A stretch of DNA of 64,000 nt from an uncultured delta proteobacterium (GCA_963826785.1 CAWGYD010000008.1:352001-416000), one strand, 5' to 3'. Positions 20,058 to 30,616 are shown, numbered from the stretch's first letter. Notes: generated from the sequence alone by a model not told the origin. Numbers and translations are program-made.

Positions 20058-20831
20058 TCAGCGCTTCCGACGGATCGTCATGGGGCTGACCGGGTCGGGC
20101 TTGGGGTGGTAGGGCAGATGCCTGAGAAAATAAAGGCGGGCCGCCTCTAAGAAGATGCGCGGCTTGGTCAGATGCGGGATGGCGGGATGGCGCGCCAGCA
20201 TCCGCAGATGACCGGCACGCGTCAGCGCACGCCCCCTGCCCCACAGGCGCGCCTCAAAGAGGGGCTCGTTTTCCTTGACCAGGTGAATGCGGACATCGAG
20301 TTCATCGCCGGGCGGGGAGAATAAAAATTCGTAATTCCCCTCCAGATCGTTAAACGGTGAAACATGAAACGCCTTTTTGGCGGCATACCGCATCGACTCC
20401 GGCGTGGATGCCCCGGGGTCCGCGTCGGGCACATAGACATGGCGCTCCCCGAAGGTATTGTTCACCTCCACCACCATGGCGCTGACCGCACCGCCTGCGT
20501 CAAAGCAGTAATAAAAACTGACCGGGTTGAACACATAGTTGAGATACCGGGCCGAGGTGACCAGCATGACAGACGCGGTTTCTGCCCGCGCGTCCTCCGG
20601 CAGAAACCGCATGAGTTTTTCCCGGATGCCGCCGGGGCCAGCGTCCAGGTAATCGGCATCGTGAACCGATGCCGGCCGCACCCGGTTGTACCCGAAAAAC
20701 GGCAGCCGCCGGTCCAGTTGTGCCAGTTCGTCCAGATAAAGCCCATAGACGTAGATCGGATACCGGAAGCGGTGCACCGTCGGCCGGTGCCGGGTATGTT
20801 CCACGAACCCTTCATATATTTTCGATTTCAT
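20058..20831 (-). CDS. DUF1365 family protein
   Basis: IYEGFVEHTR..P..HRFRY, FNPVSFYYC, EVNNTFGERHVY, KAFHVSPF. Confidence 0.93.
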   Translation of the reverse strand: MKSKIYEGFVEHTRHRPTVHRFRYPIYVYGLYLDELAQLDRRLPFFGYNRVRPASVHDADYLDAGPGGIREKLMRFLPEDARAETASVMLVTSARYLNYVFNPVSFYYCFDAGGAVSAMVVEVNNTFGERHVYVPDADPGASTPESMRYAAKKAFHVSPFNDLEGNYEFLFSPPGDELDVRIHLVKENEPLFEARLWGRGRALTRAGHLRMLARHPAIPHLTKPRIFLEAARLYFLRHLPYHPKPDPVSPMTIRRKR

Positions 20832-22087
20832 AGGTCGATCCCGAAATCCTTTCCCACGGCCACCGCCGACATCACCGCATCTTCGTGAAAGCCGTAGCGG
20901 AAATAGCTGCCGCAGAACCAGGTGGAGTTCACCCCGTTCAAGGCCGGCAGGTCGGTCTGGGATTCCACGGCTGCCGAACTGAAGATGGGGTGCGCGTACT
21001 GGAGATCCGCGATGATGTGCCCCGGGTCGATGACGCGCCCCGGATTCAGGGTGACGCAGTAATGATGCTCCGAAGACAGCTGCTGGAGCAGGTTCATGTA
21101 ATAGGTCAGGGTCACCGCCTGGTCGACCATCCCGGACCCGCGTTCATAATTCCAGGAGGCCCGCGCCTTCAAAAGCGGGGGAAGACAGGAAGAATCCCGG
21201 TGAAGAACCGCCCGGTTGCCGGCATAGCGCCAGGCGGACAGCAGTCGGGCTTCGGCATCCGAAGGATCGGAAAGCATGGCCAGGGCCTCATCGGCATGGG
21301 CGGCGATGACCACTTTGTCGTGCACGGCCTCGCCCCCATCGGTCCACAGGCGCACCCGGCCGTCTTCCCGGGCGATCTTTCGGACCGGCCGGGCCGTATG
21401 CACGTGTCCTGTAAACTGGTTCAGAAACGCCTTGACGTACTCATGGCTGCCCCCCTTAATCGTGTACCACTGGGGATGTCCGGAAACGGTCAGGAGCCCG
21501 TGATTTTCAAAGAACCGGGCGAAGGTGTCGGCGGGAAATGCCAGCATGTCCTTGTCCGCCGACGACCAGATGGCCGCGCCCATGGGGACGATATAGCGCT
21601 CGGCAAACCGGGCGCTGAAGTTGTATTGCTTCAGATACTCCTCCAGGGTCAACCCTTGCAGTTTCCGCTGCTCCAGCAGCCGCCGGGTCAGCCGGTTAAA
21701 CCGGATGATTTCGAGAAGAAACCGCCAGAATGACGGCCGCAGGCGATTTCTGGGGTCGGCAAACAGGGCCGAACTGTTGTAGGTGAACCCCGTCCCGGAA
21801 TCCCAGTAGGAAAAGGACATGGGGCTTTTCAGACGGGAAACCCCCAGCTGTTCGATAAAGCGGATGAAATGGGGATAGGTGCGGTCATTGTGAACGATAA
21901 ATCCCGTGTCCACGGGGGTATGGATCCCGTTTCCTTCATCGACCGCCACGGTGTGGGTGTGGCCGCCCACATAATCATTTTTTTCATACAGAGTGACCCG
22001 ATGGCGGCGCTGCAACAGGTAGGCGGCCACAATGCCGGCCACCCCGCCGCCGACAACGGCAATGTCCAGATCGGATGGATTAGTCAT
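20828..22087 (-). CDS. FAD/NAD-binding oxidoreductase (COG2907, UfaD-like fatty-acid desaturase family)
   Basis: True start MTNPSDLDIAVVGGGVAG; GGHTHT, VDTGFIVHNDRTYP, PMGAAIWS, FFENHGLL, ASWNY, GSYFRYGFHEDA. Confidence 0.92.
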   Translation of the reverse strand: MTNPSDLDIAVVGGGVAGIVAAYLLQRRHRVTLYEKNDYVGGHTHTVAVDEGNGIHTPVDTGFIVHNDRTYPHFIRFIEQLGVSRLKSPMSFSYWDSGTGFTYNSSALFADPRNRLRPSFWRFLLEIIRFNRLTRRLLEQRKLQGLTLEEYLKQYNFSARFAERYIVPMGAAIWSSADKDMLAFPADTFARFFENHGLLTVSGHPQWYTIKGGSHEYVKAFLNQFTGHVHTARPVRKIAREDGRVRLWTDGGEAVHDKVVIAAHADEALAMLSDPSDAEARLLSAWRYAGNRAVLHRDSSCLPPLLKARASWNYERGSGMVDQAVTLTYYMNLLQQLSSEHHYCVTLNPGRVIDPGHIIADLQYAHPIFSSAAVESQTDLPALNGVNSTWFCGSYFRYGFHEDAVMSAVAVGKDFGIDL

Positions 22088-22875
22088 AGGCGCTCCTTCT
22101 TCGGAAACCAGGGGATAAACGCACTGGTCCGGTTGATATAGTCCCGGTACTCGGGGTTGTCCGAAAACTCGGTTTCCTCCATCAGCGTGACCCCGGTGAT
22201 TCGCAGCAGGGTATAGGTGATGACGATGGGGCTGATGATGGTCCACGCGCCCCAGACGGTGGAGAGCACGATCACGAATATGCCCCACCAGGCCAGGGAT
22301 TCCCCGAAATAGTTCGGGTGGCGGCTGTAGCGCCAGAGGCCGCGATCCATGACATGGCCCCGGTTTTCGGGCCGGGACAGAAACTGCGACAACTGGAGAT
22401 CCGACAGGGTCTCCACAACAAATCCGGTGGTCCAGATCAGCACCCCGAGCGCATCGAGCCAGGTCAGGTATGCCGGTGTCGCCGCGATCTGGCCGTACTG
22501 CACCCCCAGAGAGATAATCCACTGGAAGAGCGCCTGGACCAGAAAAACCTTGAACAGGCTCACCAGCCAGAAGCGTTCGCCGTATTTTTCCCGCCAGGCG
22601 GCATACCGGGGATCTTCGTCCTTTCCCCGGCTGCGGGTATACATGTGGGAAAACAGCCGCAGCCCCCACAGGGTCACCAGGATGACCAGGATGATTTTTC
22701 GACCGATGAACCCGTTCGCCTGGAAAAAGGTCAGCCAGGCGATGAGCACAAAGCCCAGCCCCCAGAGGCTGTCGGCGATGGTGACATTTTGCCGGTAAAG
22801 ACTGATGCACCATCCCACCAGCATCAGTCCGGCGGCCGCCAGGAGATTGAAGGCAAACAGCATCACGATATCCAT
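22084..22875 (-). CDS. DUF1295 (steroid 5-alpha-reductase-like) membrane protein
   Basis: D..WG, WGLRL, EDPRY, D.QL, GLWRYSRHPNYFGE, TGV..ME, Y..RTSAFIPW. Confidence 0.93.
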   Translation of the reverse strand: MDIVMLFAFNLLAAAGLMLVGWCISLYRQNVTIADSLWGLGFVLIAWLTFFQANGFIGRKIILVILVTLWGLRLFSHMYTRSRGKDEDPRYAAWREKYGERFWLVSLFKVFLVQALFQWIISLGVQYGQIAATPAYLTWLDALGVLIWTTGFVVETLSDLQLSQFLSRPENRGHVMDRGLWRYSRHPNYFGESLAWWGIFVIVLSTVWGAWTIISPIVITYTLLRITGVTLMEETEFSDNPEYRDYINRTSAFIPWFPKKERL

Positions 22876-22899
22876 TTGACGACTCCTCTTCCTCCTCGG

Positions 22900-24309
22900 T
22901 TAGATGGGCCGGCCGCCGATCACGCGACCGGGGTTCAAGGGATCATGAACCGGATGGCCGGCGGCCCGTTCATCGATGGCTGCGCGGATCTGCCGGTGCA
23001 GCTCCCCGCTGATGGGATAATAGAGCGCAACCCCTATGGCCACTGCATTGCACAGGCAGGGCACCAGGGCGTACAGAACACGCAGGGTCATGACCACCGA
23101 TTCGGATTGCACGATATTGGGCTGATACCCGGCCGCCCCGAGCAGGGCCAGTCCGGCGCCCACCCCCAGTGCGGCGGCCATTTTCTTGGCGATCGACCAC
23201 AGGCCGATGTACAGGCCCTCGCGCCGCTCATCGGTGACCAGTTCGTCATAATCGATCACATCGGCCTGGATGGCCGACGGGATGGCCAGGGTGGCCCCGA
23301 ACCCGATGCCCGACAAAAAGACCAGGATGCCGTACATAACTTCATCTCCGGGCCCCAGAAAAAAGACCCAGAAGAACGCACCGGTATTGACCGCCATGGA
23401 GGCGATCCAGACGGCTTTTTTCCCGGTCTTCCCCGAAGCGTATACCCACAGGGGCAGAAAAGCGACCCCCGTGACGAAATAGAGCATCAGAAACAGGTCC
23501 GCCCGGGGCGAATGGAGCACATACTCCACGTAATACAGGATGAGGGTGGCCGGGAGGTTGTTCCCCACGGCGCTGATGGTATAGGCGATCAGCAGAATCC
23601 GAAACGGCCGGTTGCTCAGGCTGGACCGGATCCACTCCACAATCCGCATGTTTGCATACACATCCCGCCGGGCGCGCTCCCTGAAGGTGATCACGCACCA
23701 GGCGCATGCCGCCAGGATCAGCGGCGTGTAGGCAAGCGACAGGATGAAAAAGGTGTCCCGCTCCCCCCCGGGGCCCTCCCCCAGACCGGCGATCCACTTG
23801 ACCGCCCCCGGGGATGCGGCCGCCACCAGCGTGCCGGCGATCAGGGCGCCATCGCGCATGGAAAACAGGGAAGTCCGCTCATCATAATCATAGGTGAGTT
23901 CCGGCCCTAATGCTTCGTAGGGAACAATGACCACCGTCCAGAACAGAAAAAGTAAAAATATCAAAATCATGAACCAGATGGTGGCCGCATTTTCACCCAT
24001 TCCGGCCGGCGGATTGAACAGCAGCAGGATGGCCCCCACCGTGAGCACCGCCCCCGCGGCGATCAGCGGGCGCCGCCGCCCCATGGGCGTGCGCAGCCGG
24101 TCGGACACAAGGCCGATGGCCGGGTCCGTGACCGCATCGAAGAGCCTCACCACCAGCAGAATCGCCCCCAGGGCGGTGATATGCACCCCCACCACGTCGG
24201 TGTAGAATTTCGGGATATAGACGTATACGGGGATGCCCACCACCGCCAGGGCGAATGCCGGCGCCGCATAGGCAAGTTTTTCCGTCCACGACAGTGTCTT
24301 CACGGTCAT
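22900..24309 (-). CDS. MFS transporter (GPH/MelB-like)
   Basis: About 12 TM segments; RLFDAVTDPAIG..SDR..GRRRP, ELTYDYDERT, ADVID.DE..T..RREG. Confidence 0.93.
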   Translation of the reverse strand: MTVKTLSWTEKLAYAAPAFALAVVGIPVYVYIPKFYTDVVGVHITALGAILLVVRLFDAVTDPAIGLVSDRLRTPMGRRRPLIAAGAVLTVGAILLLFNPPAGMGENAATIWFMILIFLLFLFWTVVIVPYEALGPELTYDYDERTSLFSMRDGALIAGTLVAAASPGAVKWIAGLGEGPGGERDTFFILSLAYTPLILAACAWCVITFRERARRDVYANMRIVEWIRSSLSNRPFRILLIAYTISAVGNNLPATLILYYVEYVLHSPRADLFLMLYFVTGVAFLPLWVYASGKTGKKAVWIASMAVNTGAFFWVFFLGPGDEVMYGILVFLSGIGFGATLAIPSAIQADVIDYDELVTDERREGLYIGLWSIAKKMAAALGVGAGLALLGAAGYQPNIVQSESVVMTLRVLYALVPCLCNAVAIGVALYYPISGELHRQIRAAIDERAAGHPVHDPLNPGRVIGGRPI

Positions 24310-24869
24310 CTCTTTCCGAGCAGGCGATCCCGAAATGACGTGTCAATGGGGTTTTTTCCGATCCAGATGGAGAAAAACGCCGCTGAGAAGTCAGGGCCGG
24401 GAACCGATCCTAAAACCTGGTCGTTTAACGCCAGCTGCGTCCCCTTCCCCGGGATATAGGTGGCCGTGTAGCGGTCCCCCGGCTCAACATCCTGATAAAA
24501 GCGGTTCAACTGCGCAATTTTTCCTTCAAGATCTCTAAACGCTTCCGAAGATACATTCTTTTCGATCATCCGGGTGGTGGCCTCGGCAAAGTCTTTCGCA
24601 TCGATGGCGTGAAAATAATGGAGGACCAGGCGGCGGGGGACAAAACCGTCCAGCGCCTTTTCAGATGGCACCTCCGGCTCCAGATAGAATGCACCCACAT
24701 AGGCCTTGATAAAGACCATGTAGCGCAGCAGGGCGGTTCCCCGCAGGTCCAGTTCACGGCCGTCCACCACCTGCCGTTCGGGAAAGGTCACGCCTTCGAT
24801 GCTGGCCGCACCGGCCGGTCCGGCCATAAACAGGATTGCTGCCATGATGATGCGCATATGTTTCTGCAT
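24306..24869 (-). CDS. Chalcone-isomerase-like fold lipid-binding protein (secreted)
   Basis: Signal peptide, L.LRG...RY..FIKAYVGAFYL, GD.Y...Y.PG.G, FFSIWIG..P....RDRLLG. Confidence 0.88.
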   Translation of the reverse strand: MQKHMRIIMAAILFMAGPAGAASIEGVTFPERQVVDGRELDLRGTALLRYMVFIKAYVGAFYLEPEVPSEKALDGFVPRRLVLHYFHAIDAKDFAEATTRMIEKNVSSEAFRDLEGKIAQLNRFYQDVEPGDRYTATYIPGKGTQLALNDQVLGSVPGPDFSAAFFSIWIGKNPIDTSFRDRLLGKR

Positions 24870-25022
24870 GGACGTCCCTCCCCTGATTTTATGTTCGGTT
24901 CGCGACCTGATTTTGCCAGACCAGGCCAATTGTAATGCGCACGCCCTGCATTTCAATCAAATTGCATTTATCTAATACAAATACTATATATCAAATATAT
25001 AAATATAAAAGGGGGACTTGAG

Positions 25023-25463
25023 ATGGACTATTTTTTGACTTCCGCATTTTTCAAGGTCGCCGGCATATCGATCGTCATTTTCATCATTCTCGATCTGCTC
25101 TGGCTGGCGGTCATCGCCCAGCCCATCTACTTCAGGCAGCTGGGCTATCTCGCTTCGATTGAAAACGGCCGGATCACCTTCAATCTGCCGGTGGGGCTCC
25201 TGGTGCAGGCCATTATCGCAGTGGGGCTGGCCGTGTTTATCTCCATGGGGCTGCTCATTGACAACCGCCTGACAGTTGCCATCGGCGTCGGCGCATTTTC
25301 CGGGTTCGTGCTCTATTGCACCTATGACCTGACCAATCTTTCCTTTATCAAAGGATACCCGGTGTCCGTCACCCTCATCGATATTGCATGGGGAACCGCC
25401 CAGGGAATATTCGCGGGATTTTACGTGTTCTACCTGACCCGGATTTTTTCACCGGCTGCCTGA
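25023..25463 (+). CDS. DUF2177 family membrane protein
   Basis: LDLLWL, YCTYDLTNL, IDIAWG motifs; 4 TM segments. Confidence 0.88.
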   Translation: MDYFLTSAFFKVAGISIVIFIILDLLWLAVIAQPIYFRQLGYLASIENGRITFNLPVGLLVQAIIAVGLAVFISMGLLIDNRLTVAIGVGAFSGFVLYCTYDLTNLSFIKGYPVSVTLIDIAWGTAQGIFAGFYVFYLTRIFSPAA

Positions 25464-25527
25464 TGCGGATGAACTGATGATCGATTTTGCAATACCCCTT
25501 GGTCGCTTCCCCGCGGGGGCGGATCCT

Positions 25528-27516
25528 TTATTGCAGCCCGACCTTCCAGTTCCACAGCCCCGGTCTTTTTTTCAAAGTGATCCCGGCGGGTACGGGTTCG
25601 GTCAGGTGGATGAAAAGCTCATAGCCCATCTGCTGCAGTTGCTGCTGATGTTCTTTCAAATCGATGATCCAGTTGGGGAAGACCCACACGTTGGCGCCGG
25701 TTTTCCGGGCCCAGGCCTCTTCTTTCTTCGGGCTGGCAAACATGCGGTCGGGCGTCAACTCCTCTGAAATCGTCCTGGAGATGCACAGGGGCCAGTTGCC
25801 CGAGATCACCATCCCCAGCGGCAGTGGGCTTTGCTGGGCCATCAACGCATAATCGCCCTCCCCGAGTTCGGGGCTGACGATGACGCCGGAAAAACCCATC
25901 TGGCGGAGCATCTCGACCGCAAGAGGGTTTGAAACGTTGCAGAACGGTCCCGCCCAGATATTTACGTCCCGGTTTAAAAAAAGGGCCCGCTGCCAGGGGG
26001 CATTGAGCATGAAATTGCGAAATCCGCGCCTCATGGCCTGATCGACGGAATCCGCATACTGTTTTTCTTCATCGGGCCAGATCACAGGAGGCAGCCAGCA
26101 CCAGTGCCGGGGAAGGGCTTTTTTCGGCAGGATTTGGGCTGCCGGATCCAGCCAGAAACCAATCAGTTCGGCCTTGCCCGGCGCCCCCCCCCGCTCCCGG
26201 GACACCGCCATTTCCACGACATCTTTACGGCGCCTGGCCAGCCGGGGAAGTTTGGGCGCAAACAGGCTTTCGTGCAGCATGGGGGTTTGCGATCGGGCAG
26301 TCAGCTTCGATTCCAGCGCGGCAAAGGCTTTTTCCAGTTCTTCCTCCCGGCGGTCAATGAGAAACACGGGGGCCTCGTTCTTCGGCCGGGTCCGGCCAGG
26401 CAGATTCAACACCAGGCGGCCTCTTTTGGGAACATACTTGCTGACCTTATAAGTGGCGTGGCCCGGGTCGTCCTCGTACCCGATCCGGAGCATGTCCTGG
26501 GCAAACAGTTCGAACCGGGGGACCAGGTATGGCCGGGTGGAACCGCCCTGGATCTTCCCTGCCAGCAGCCCCGATCCGGTCTGCTCGTTGATGTCGATGG
26601 GCACATAGGGGCGCTGGGGCAGGATGTTGTAGTGGGTCCCCTTGCGGCCCAGGGCATATTCCAGAAACGAGGCGGCGGTTTTTTTCATCTGTGGATCATC
26701 GGGGTGGTCCCGGAGGAGCTTATAAGCGGATACGGTGTAATAGACGTAGTGCGGTCCTTTTTTGCGGCCCTCGATTTTCAAGGCGGACACCTTAGGGGTC
26801 TGCACCAGGAGTTTGGCCAGCACGTCATACCAGAGATCCTGGCAGGAAAAATAGCGCCGGGTCTGCTTGCCCTGGGTATACATCCGCCGGCAGGGCTGCA
26901 CGCACCGGCCCCTCAGACCGCTCTTCCCCCCCATGAAACTGCTCCAGTAGCATCTTCCGGATACGGCGTAGCACAGCGCGCCGTGGACGAACAGTTCCAG
27001 ATCAAGATCTTCGGGCGCCGCCTGTGCCACCTGCTTGATTTCGTCTATGGTCAGCTCCCTTGGGAGCACCACCCGGTTGACGGCCGGCAGTTGCCGGACT
27101 GCGGACAGGGCGGCGGCAAAACTGGCATTGGCCAGGGTGGAAAGGTGCAGGTCGCCTGCAAATCCGGTCTGCCGGGCAAGCTCCACCAGGGCCAGGTCCT
27201 GGATGATCAGCGCGTCGGGCTTCACCGCGGTATTGAGCTGGTCGATGAGGCGGCCGGTTTGAGTCAGTTCATCGGGCTTGATCATCGAGTTGAGGGTGAT
27301 ATAGACCTTTGTCTCCTGTGCATGGGCGAGCGGCACCAGGTCTGCCAGATCGGAGATGGTGAAATTTTCAGCCGCCATGCGGGCGGAAAAGCTTTTCAGG
27401 CCGCAGTAGATGCTGTCCGCCCCGGCGGCCAGAGCCGCCATGAACGCCCCCCGCCCCCCGGCCGGCGCCAGAATTTCAGCTTTTTTTTCTGCAGATGTTT
27501 CATTCATCGAAAACAT
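25528..27516 (-). CDS. Peptidase U32 family protein (RlhA-like Fe-S RNA hydroxylation protein)
   Basis: EILAPAG, GADSIYCG, FSAR, HLST, LPREL, ELFVHGALCYAVSGRC, RGRCVQPCRR, LKIEGR. Confidence 0.88.
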   Translation of the reverse strand: MFSMNETSAEKKAEILAPAGGRGAFMAALAAGADSIYCGLKSFSARMAAENFTISDLADLVPLAHAQETKVYITLNSMIKPDELTQTGRLIDQLNTAVKPDALIIQDLALVELARQTGFAGDLHLSTLANASFAAALSAVRQLPAVNRVVLPRELTIDEIKQVAQAAPEDLDLELFVHGALCYAVSGRCYWSSFMGGKSGLRGRCVQPCRRMYTQGKQTRRYFSCQDLWYDVLAKLLVQTPKVSALKIEGRKKGPHYVYYTVSAYKLLRDHPDDPQMKKTAASFLEYALGRKGTHYNILPQRPYVPIDINEQTGSGLLAGKIQGGSTRPYLVPRFELFAQDMLRIGYEDDPGHATYKVSKYVPKRGRLVLNLPGRTRPKNEAPVFLIDRREEELEKAFAALESKLTARSQTPMLHESLFAPKLPRLARRRKDVVEMAVSRERGGAPGKAELIGFWLDPAAQILPKKALPRHWCWLPPVIWPDEEKQYADSVDQAMRRGFRNFMLNAPWQRALFLNRDVNIWAGPFCNVSNPLAVEMLRQMGFSGVIVSPELGEGDYALMAQQSPLPLGMVISGNWPLCISRTISEELTPDRMFASPKKEEAWARKTGANVWVFPNWIIDLKEHQQQLQQMGYELFIHLTEPVPAGITLKKRPGLWNWKVGLQ

Positions 27517-27728
27517 ATCCCATAGCGGCGCATACGGCCGCGAAGCGGTTTGCTTTTTTTAACCATTTCAGGCACAATCTGTTATTCTAATAAGATGATA
27601 TGAATTTGAATTTTTAAAATCAATTCCTATTTTTTTATAAGTATCGGTAAATTGAGTTTATTTTAATTTTTTGCAACCATTCCGGTGGATAGTGCACCCG
27701 GGGAAGAGACCATGCCAAGGAGTTTGAT

Positions 27729-28487
27729 ATGAAAATTGCAGTCAGCGGCAAGGGGGGCGTGGGAAAAACCACGTTTTCGGCCATGATGATCCGGGCGTTC
27801 AACGATCAGGGCAAACACGTGCTGGCCATCGACGCGGACCCGGACGCCAACCTGGCGAGCGCCGTCGGTGTTCCCGGTGCCGATAAAATCGTCCCCATAT
27901 CGGAAATGAAGGAATTGGTATACGAACGGACCGAAGCCAAAGCCGGGTCCATCGGCGGCTTCTTCAAGCTAAACCCCAAGGTGGACGACCTGCCGGACGC
28001 CCTTTCCGCCAAACTGGGCAATATCAAGCTCATGCGGCTGGGCGGGGTCAAAAAAGGCGGGGCCGGATGCATCTGTCCGGAAAGCACCCTGTTAAAGGCC
28101 CTGGTCACCCATGTGGTGCTCGCCCGGGACGAGGTGGTGGTGATGGACATGGAAGCCGGCATCGAACACCTGGGCCGGGGGACCGCCCAGGCCGTCAATA
28201 AGCTGCTGGTGGTGGTGGAACCCGGAAGGCGCAGCATCGATACGGCAAAGCATATCCGGTCCCTGGCCGCCCAGATCGGCCTGGACCTGATATCCCTGGT
28301 GGGCAACAAGATCCGGGGGCCCCAGGACGAAGAATTTTTGCGAAGCCACCTGCCGGACCTTGAGTTTGTAGGGTTTCTACCCTATGAAGATGCGCTCATC
28401 GAAGCGGATTTGAAAGGCATTTCCCCCTATGATGTCGATTCGAAGGCAAAAGCGCTCATCAGCGATATGATCGGTAAACTTAGATGA
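27729..28487 (+). CDS. cooC: CooC-type nickel-insertion ATPase
   Basis: MKIAVSGKGGVGKTT, IDADPD.NL, FKLNPKV, GGAGCICPE (CxC), DMEAGIEHLGRGT. Confidence 0.92.
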   Translation: MKIAVSGKGGVGKTTFSAMMIRAFNDQGKHVLAIDADPDANLASAVGVPGADKIVPISEMKELVYERTEAKAGSIGGFFKLNPKVDDLPDALSAKLGNIKLMRLGGVKKGGAGCICPESTLLKALVTHVVLARDEVVVMDMEAGIEHLGRGTAQAVNKLLVVVEPGRRSIDTAKHIRSLAAQIGLDLISLVGNKIRGPQDEEFLRSHLPDLEFVGFLPYEDALIEADLKGISPYDVDSKAKALISDMIGKLR

Positions 28488-30616
28488 CCCGCCCCGATTA
28501 CAAGCAGGGAAAGCGGCCGAACAGGCGCCGGAAAACGTCATCCGTCCGGCATCTCCAGCCCGGCGCGGATTCCCGGCTCAAAAGTGTGTTCGCCCGCATC
28601 GGCATTCCCAGAAAGGAGCCGTTCGTCCCGGACCCTTTCCAGGAAGCGGCTCTGGCTGCAATCAATAAAGGGGACTGCCTGGTGACGGTGCCCACCGGCT
28701 CCGGGAAAACCTGGATTGCCGAGCAGACCATTGCGCGGATACTGGACGGCGGCGGCCGGGCCTGGTACGCATCTCCCTTAAAAGCCCTGACCAATTCCAA
28801 GTACGCAGAGTTTTCGGACATTTTCGGCGCATCGAAACTGGGCATTCTCACCGGTGACCGGAAGGAGAATCCGGATGCACCGGTGATCGTCGGGACAACG
28901 GAAATCCTGCGCAACCAGCTCTATGATGCCATGCACCGGGGCGAAGACCTGTCCACCGATTTCGTAGTGCTGGACGAGGCCCATTTTCTCGGAGACGAAG
29001 ACCGGGGCGTCGTCTGGGAAGAAATCATGATCTATCTTCCCTCCCGGATTCCCTTGATGCTGCTGTCCGCCACCATCGGGAACGCCGATGCCATCGCCGC
29101 CTGGCTCGAATCCATCCGGGGCCGCTCCTGCATCGTGATTGCGGAGAAAAATCGGCCGGTGCCGCTCTACCCCTTGTTCCTGCATCCCTCCGGCACCCTG
29201 TTTCCCATGCTGGCCGGCGGTCAGCGCGGCAAGCCCGGGGGGCAGCGGCTCAACAACAAGGTGTTCAAATACCTCAGCGCAGCCCGTTCCCAGCGGATGC
29301 GCATGAGCCGCCAGCTCCCGCCCATGGGCGATGTTTTGCAGGTGCTGAAGCGATACAACCTGCTGCCGGCCATCTTCTTTTTAAAATCCCGGGCCGACTG
29401 CGACAATGCCCTGCTTCTCAGCAGCAGCAACATTACCGAAGAATCCCCGGACCGGAAAACCCGGCGCGCCAAACGCATCGACGACATGCTGGAACGCGTT
29501 CCCCACCTGGCCGGCCATAAACAGATGCACCTGCTGCGCGAATCGGCCATCGGCGCCCATCACAGCGGCCAGCTGCCGGCATGGAAAATCATCATCGAAA
29601 ACCTGATGACCGAGGGATTGCTGGATGCGGTGTTCGCCACGTCCACTGTGGCCGCAGGAGTGAATTTCCCCGCCCGGACCATCGTGTTTTTGAATTCGGA
29701 CCGGTTCAACGGCCGGGAATTCGTTCCCCTGACCTCCACTGAATTTCACCAGATGACCGGACGCGCCGGACGGCGGGGTATGGACAAGATCGGTTTTGCG
29801 GTGGTCATCCCGGGACGGTTCATGGATATCGAACTGATGGCCCTACTTTTCAGTGCACCGCCATCCGATGTCCACAGCCAGATCAAAATCAATTTTTCCA
29901 TGGTGCTTAATCTCCTGCTGTCTCACAGCCCCGAGCAGATCCGGGAACTCCTGGAAAAATCCTTTGCCGCATATCTGCTGACCGCAAAGCCTTGCAAAAA
30001 AAGGACAGAGGCCGAACCCGCCGGGGCCGATGCAACGGCCCTGTGGCACGAATTCACCCGACGCCTTGACTTTTTAAAGGAAAAAGAATACGTTAGCCAT
30101 GACAATCAGCTGACGGAGGACGGCCAGTGGGCCTCTCAGCTCAGGATCGATCATCCCCTCATGGTGGGGGAAGGATTCCGGCAGAACCTGTTTCCCAGGC
30201 GCGACCCGGCCCTGCTCACCGCCATTATGGCCACGTTTGTCAACGAGCGGGAAACCGATGATGCCGCCATCGATCCGGATCTTATCCCCAGGCCCCTGAT
30301 GGACCGCTTCAAGAAGATCGTCACTGGACTGGAGCCGTTTGCCCAACAGATGCGGTCGAAAGGATTCGAAGTCCCCACTCCCTATTTTCTGCCGGCGCTC
30401 ACGCTGTATCTGTGGGCCCGGGGAATGGACTGGGACAAGGTGGCCGACATCTCCCAGATGGCCGAAGGCGACCTGGCCATGCTGATCATGCGGACTGCGG
30501 ACAACCTTCGCCACATCCGGAATATCGGCGATGCGTTCCCCGATGCCGCCCGTGCGGCCGCACAGGCGGTGGAGCTGATCCTGCGGGACCCGGTGGTTTC
30601 AACATTAGACATATAG
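28484..30616 (+). CDS. Ski2/HelY-like DEAH-box helicase
   Basis: PTGSGKT, SPLKALTN, TGD, TTEILRN, DEAH, LSAT, HHSG, FATST, QMTGRAGRRG; DSHCT-like C-terminus (EGD..R). Confidence 0.93.
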   Translation: MTRPDYKQGKRPNRRRKTSSVRHLQPGADSRLKSVFARIGIPRKEPFVPDPFQEAALAAINKGDCLVTVPTGSGKTWIAEQTIARILDGGGRAWYASPLKALTNSKYAEFSDIFGASKLGILTGDRKENPDAPVIVGTTEILRNQLYDAMHRGEDLSTDFVVLDEAHFLGDEDRGVVWEEIMIYLPSRIPLMLLSATIGNADAIAAWLESIRGRSCIVIAEKNRPVPLYPLFLHPSGTLFPMLAGGQRGKPGGQRLNNKVFKYLSAARSQRMRMSRQLPPMGDVLQVLKRYNLLPAIFFLKSRADCDNALLLSSSNITEESPDRKTRRAKRIDDMLERVPHLAGHKQMHLLRESAIGAHHSGQLPAWKIIIENLMTEGLLDAVFATSTVAAGVNFPARTIVFLNSDRFNGREFVPLTSTEFHQMTGRAGRRGMDKIGFAVVIPGRFMDIELMALLFSAPPSDVHSQIKINFSMVLNLLLSHSPEQIRELLEKSFAAYLLTAKPCKKRTEAEPAGADATALWHEFTRRLDFLKEKEYVSHDNQLTEDGQWASQLRIDHPLMVGEGFRQNLFPRRDPALLTAIMATFVNERETDDAAIDPDLIPRPLMDRFKKIVTGLEPFAQQMRSKGFEVPTPYFLPALTLYLWARGMDWDKVADISQMAEGDLAMLIMRTADNLRHIRNIGDAFPDAARAAAQAVELILRDPVVSTLDI

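Noticed and set aside
22088..22813. N-terminal extension of the 661-aa ORF suggesting a fusion oxidoreductase
   Set aside because: It overlaps the DUF1295 gene in another frame. The Rossmann motif and RBS place the start at 22087.
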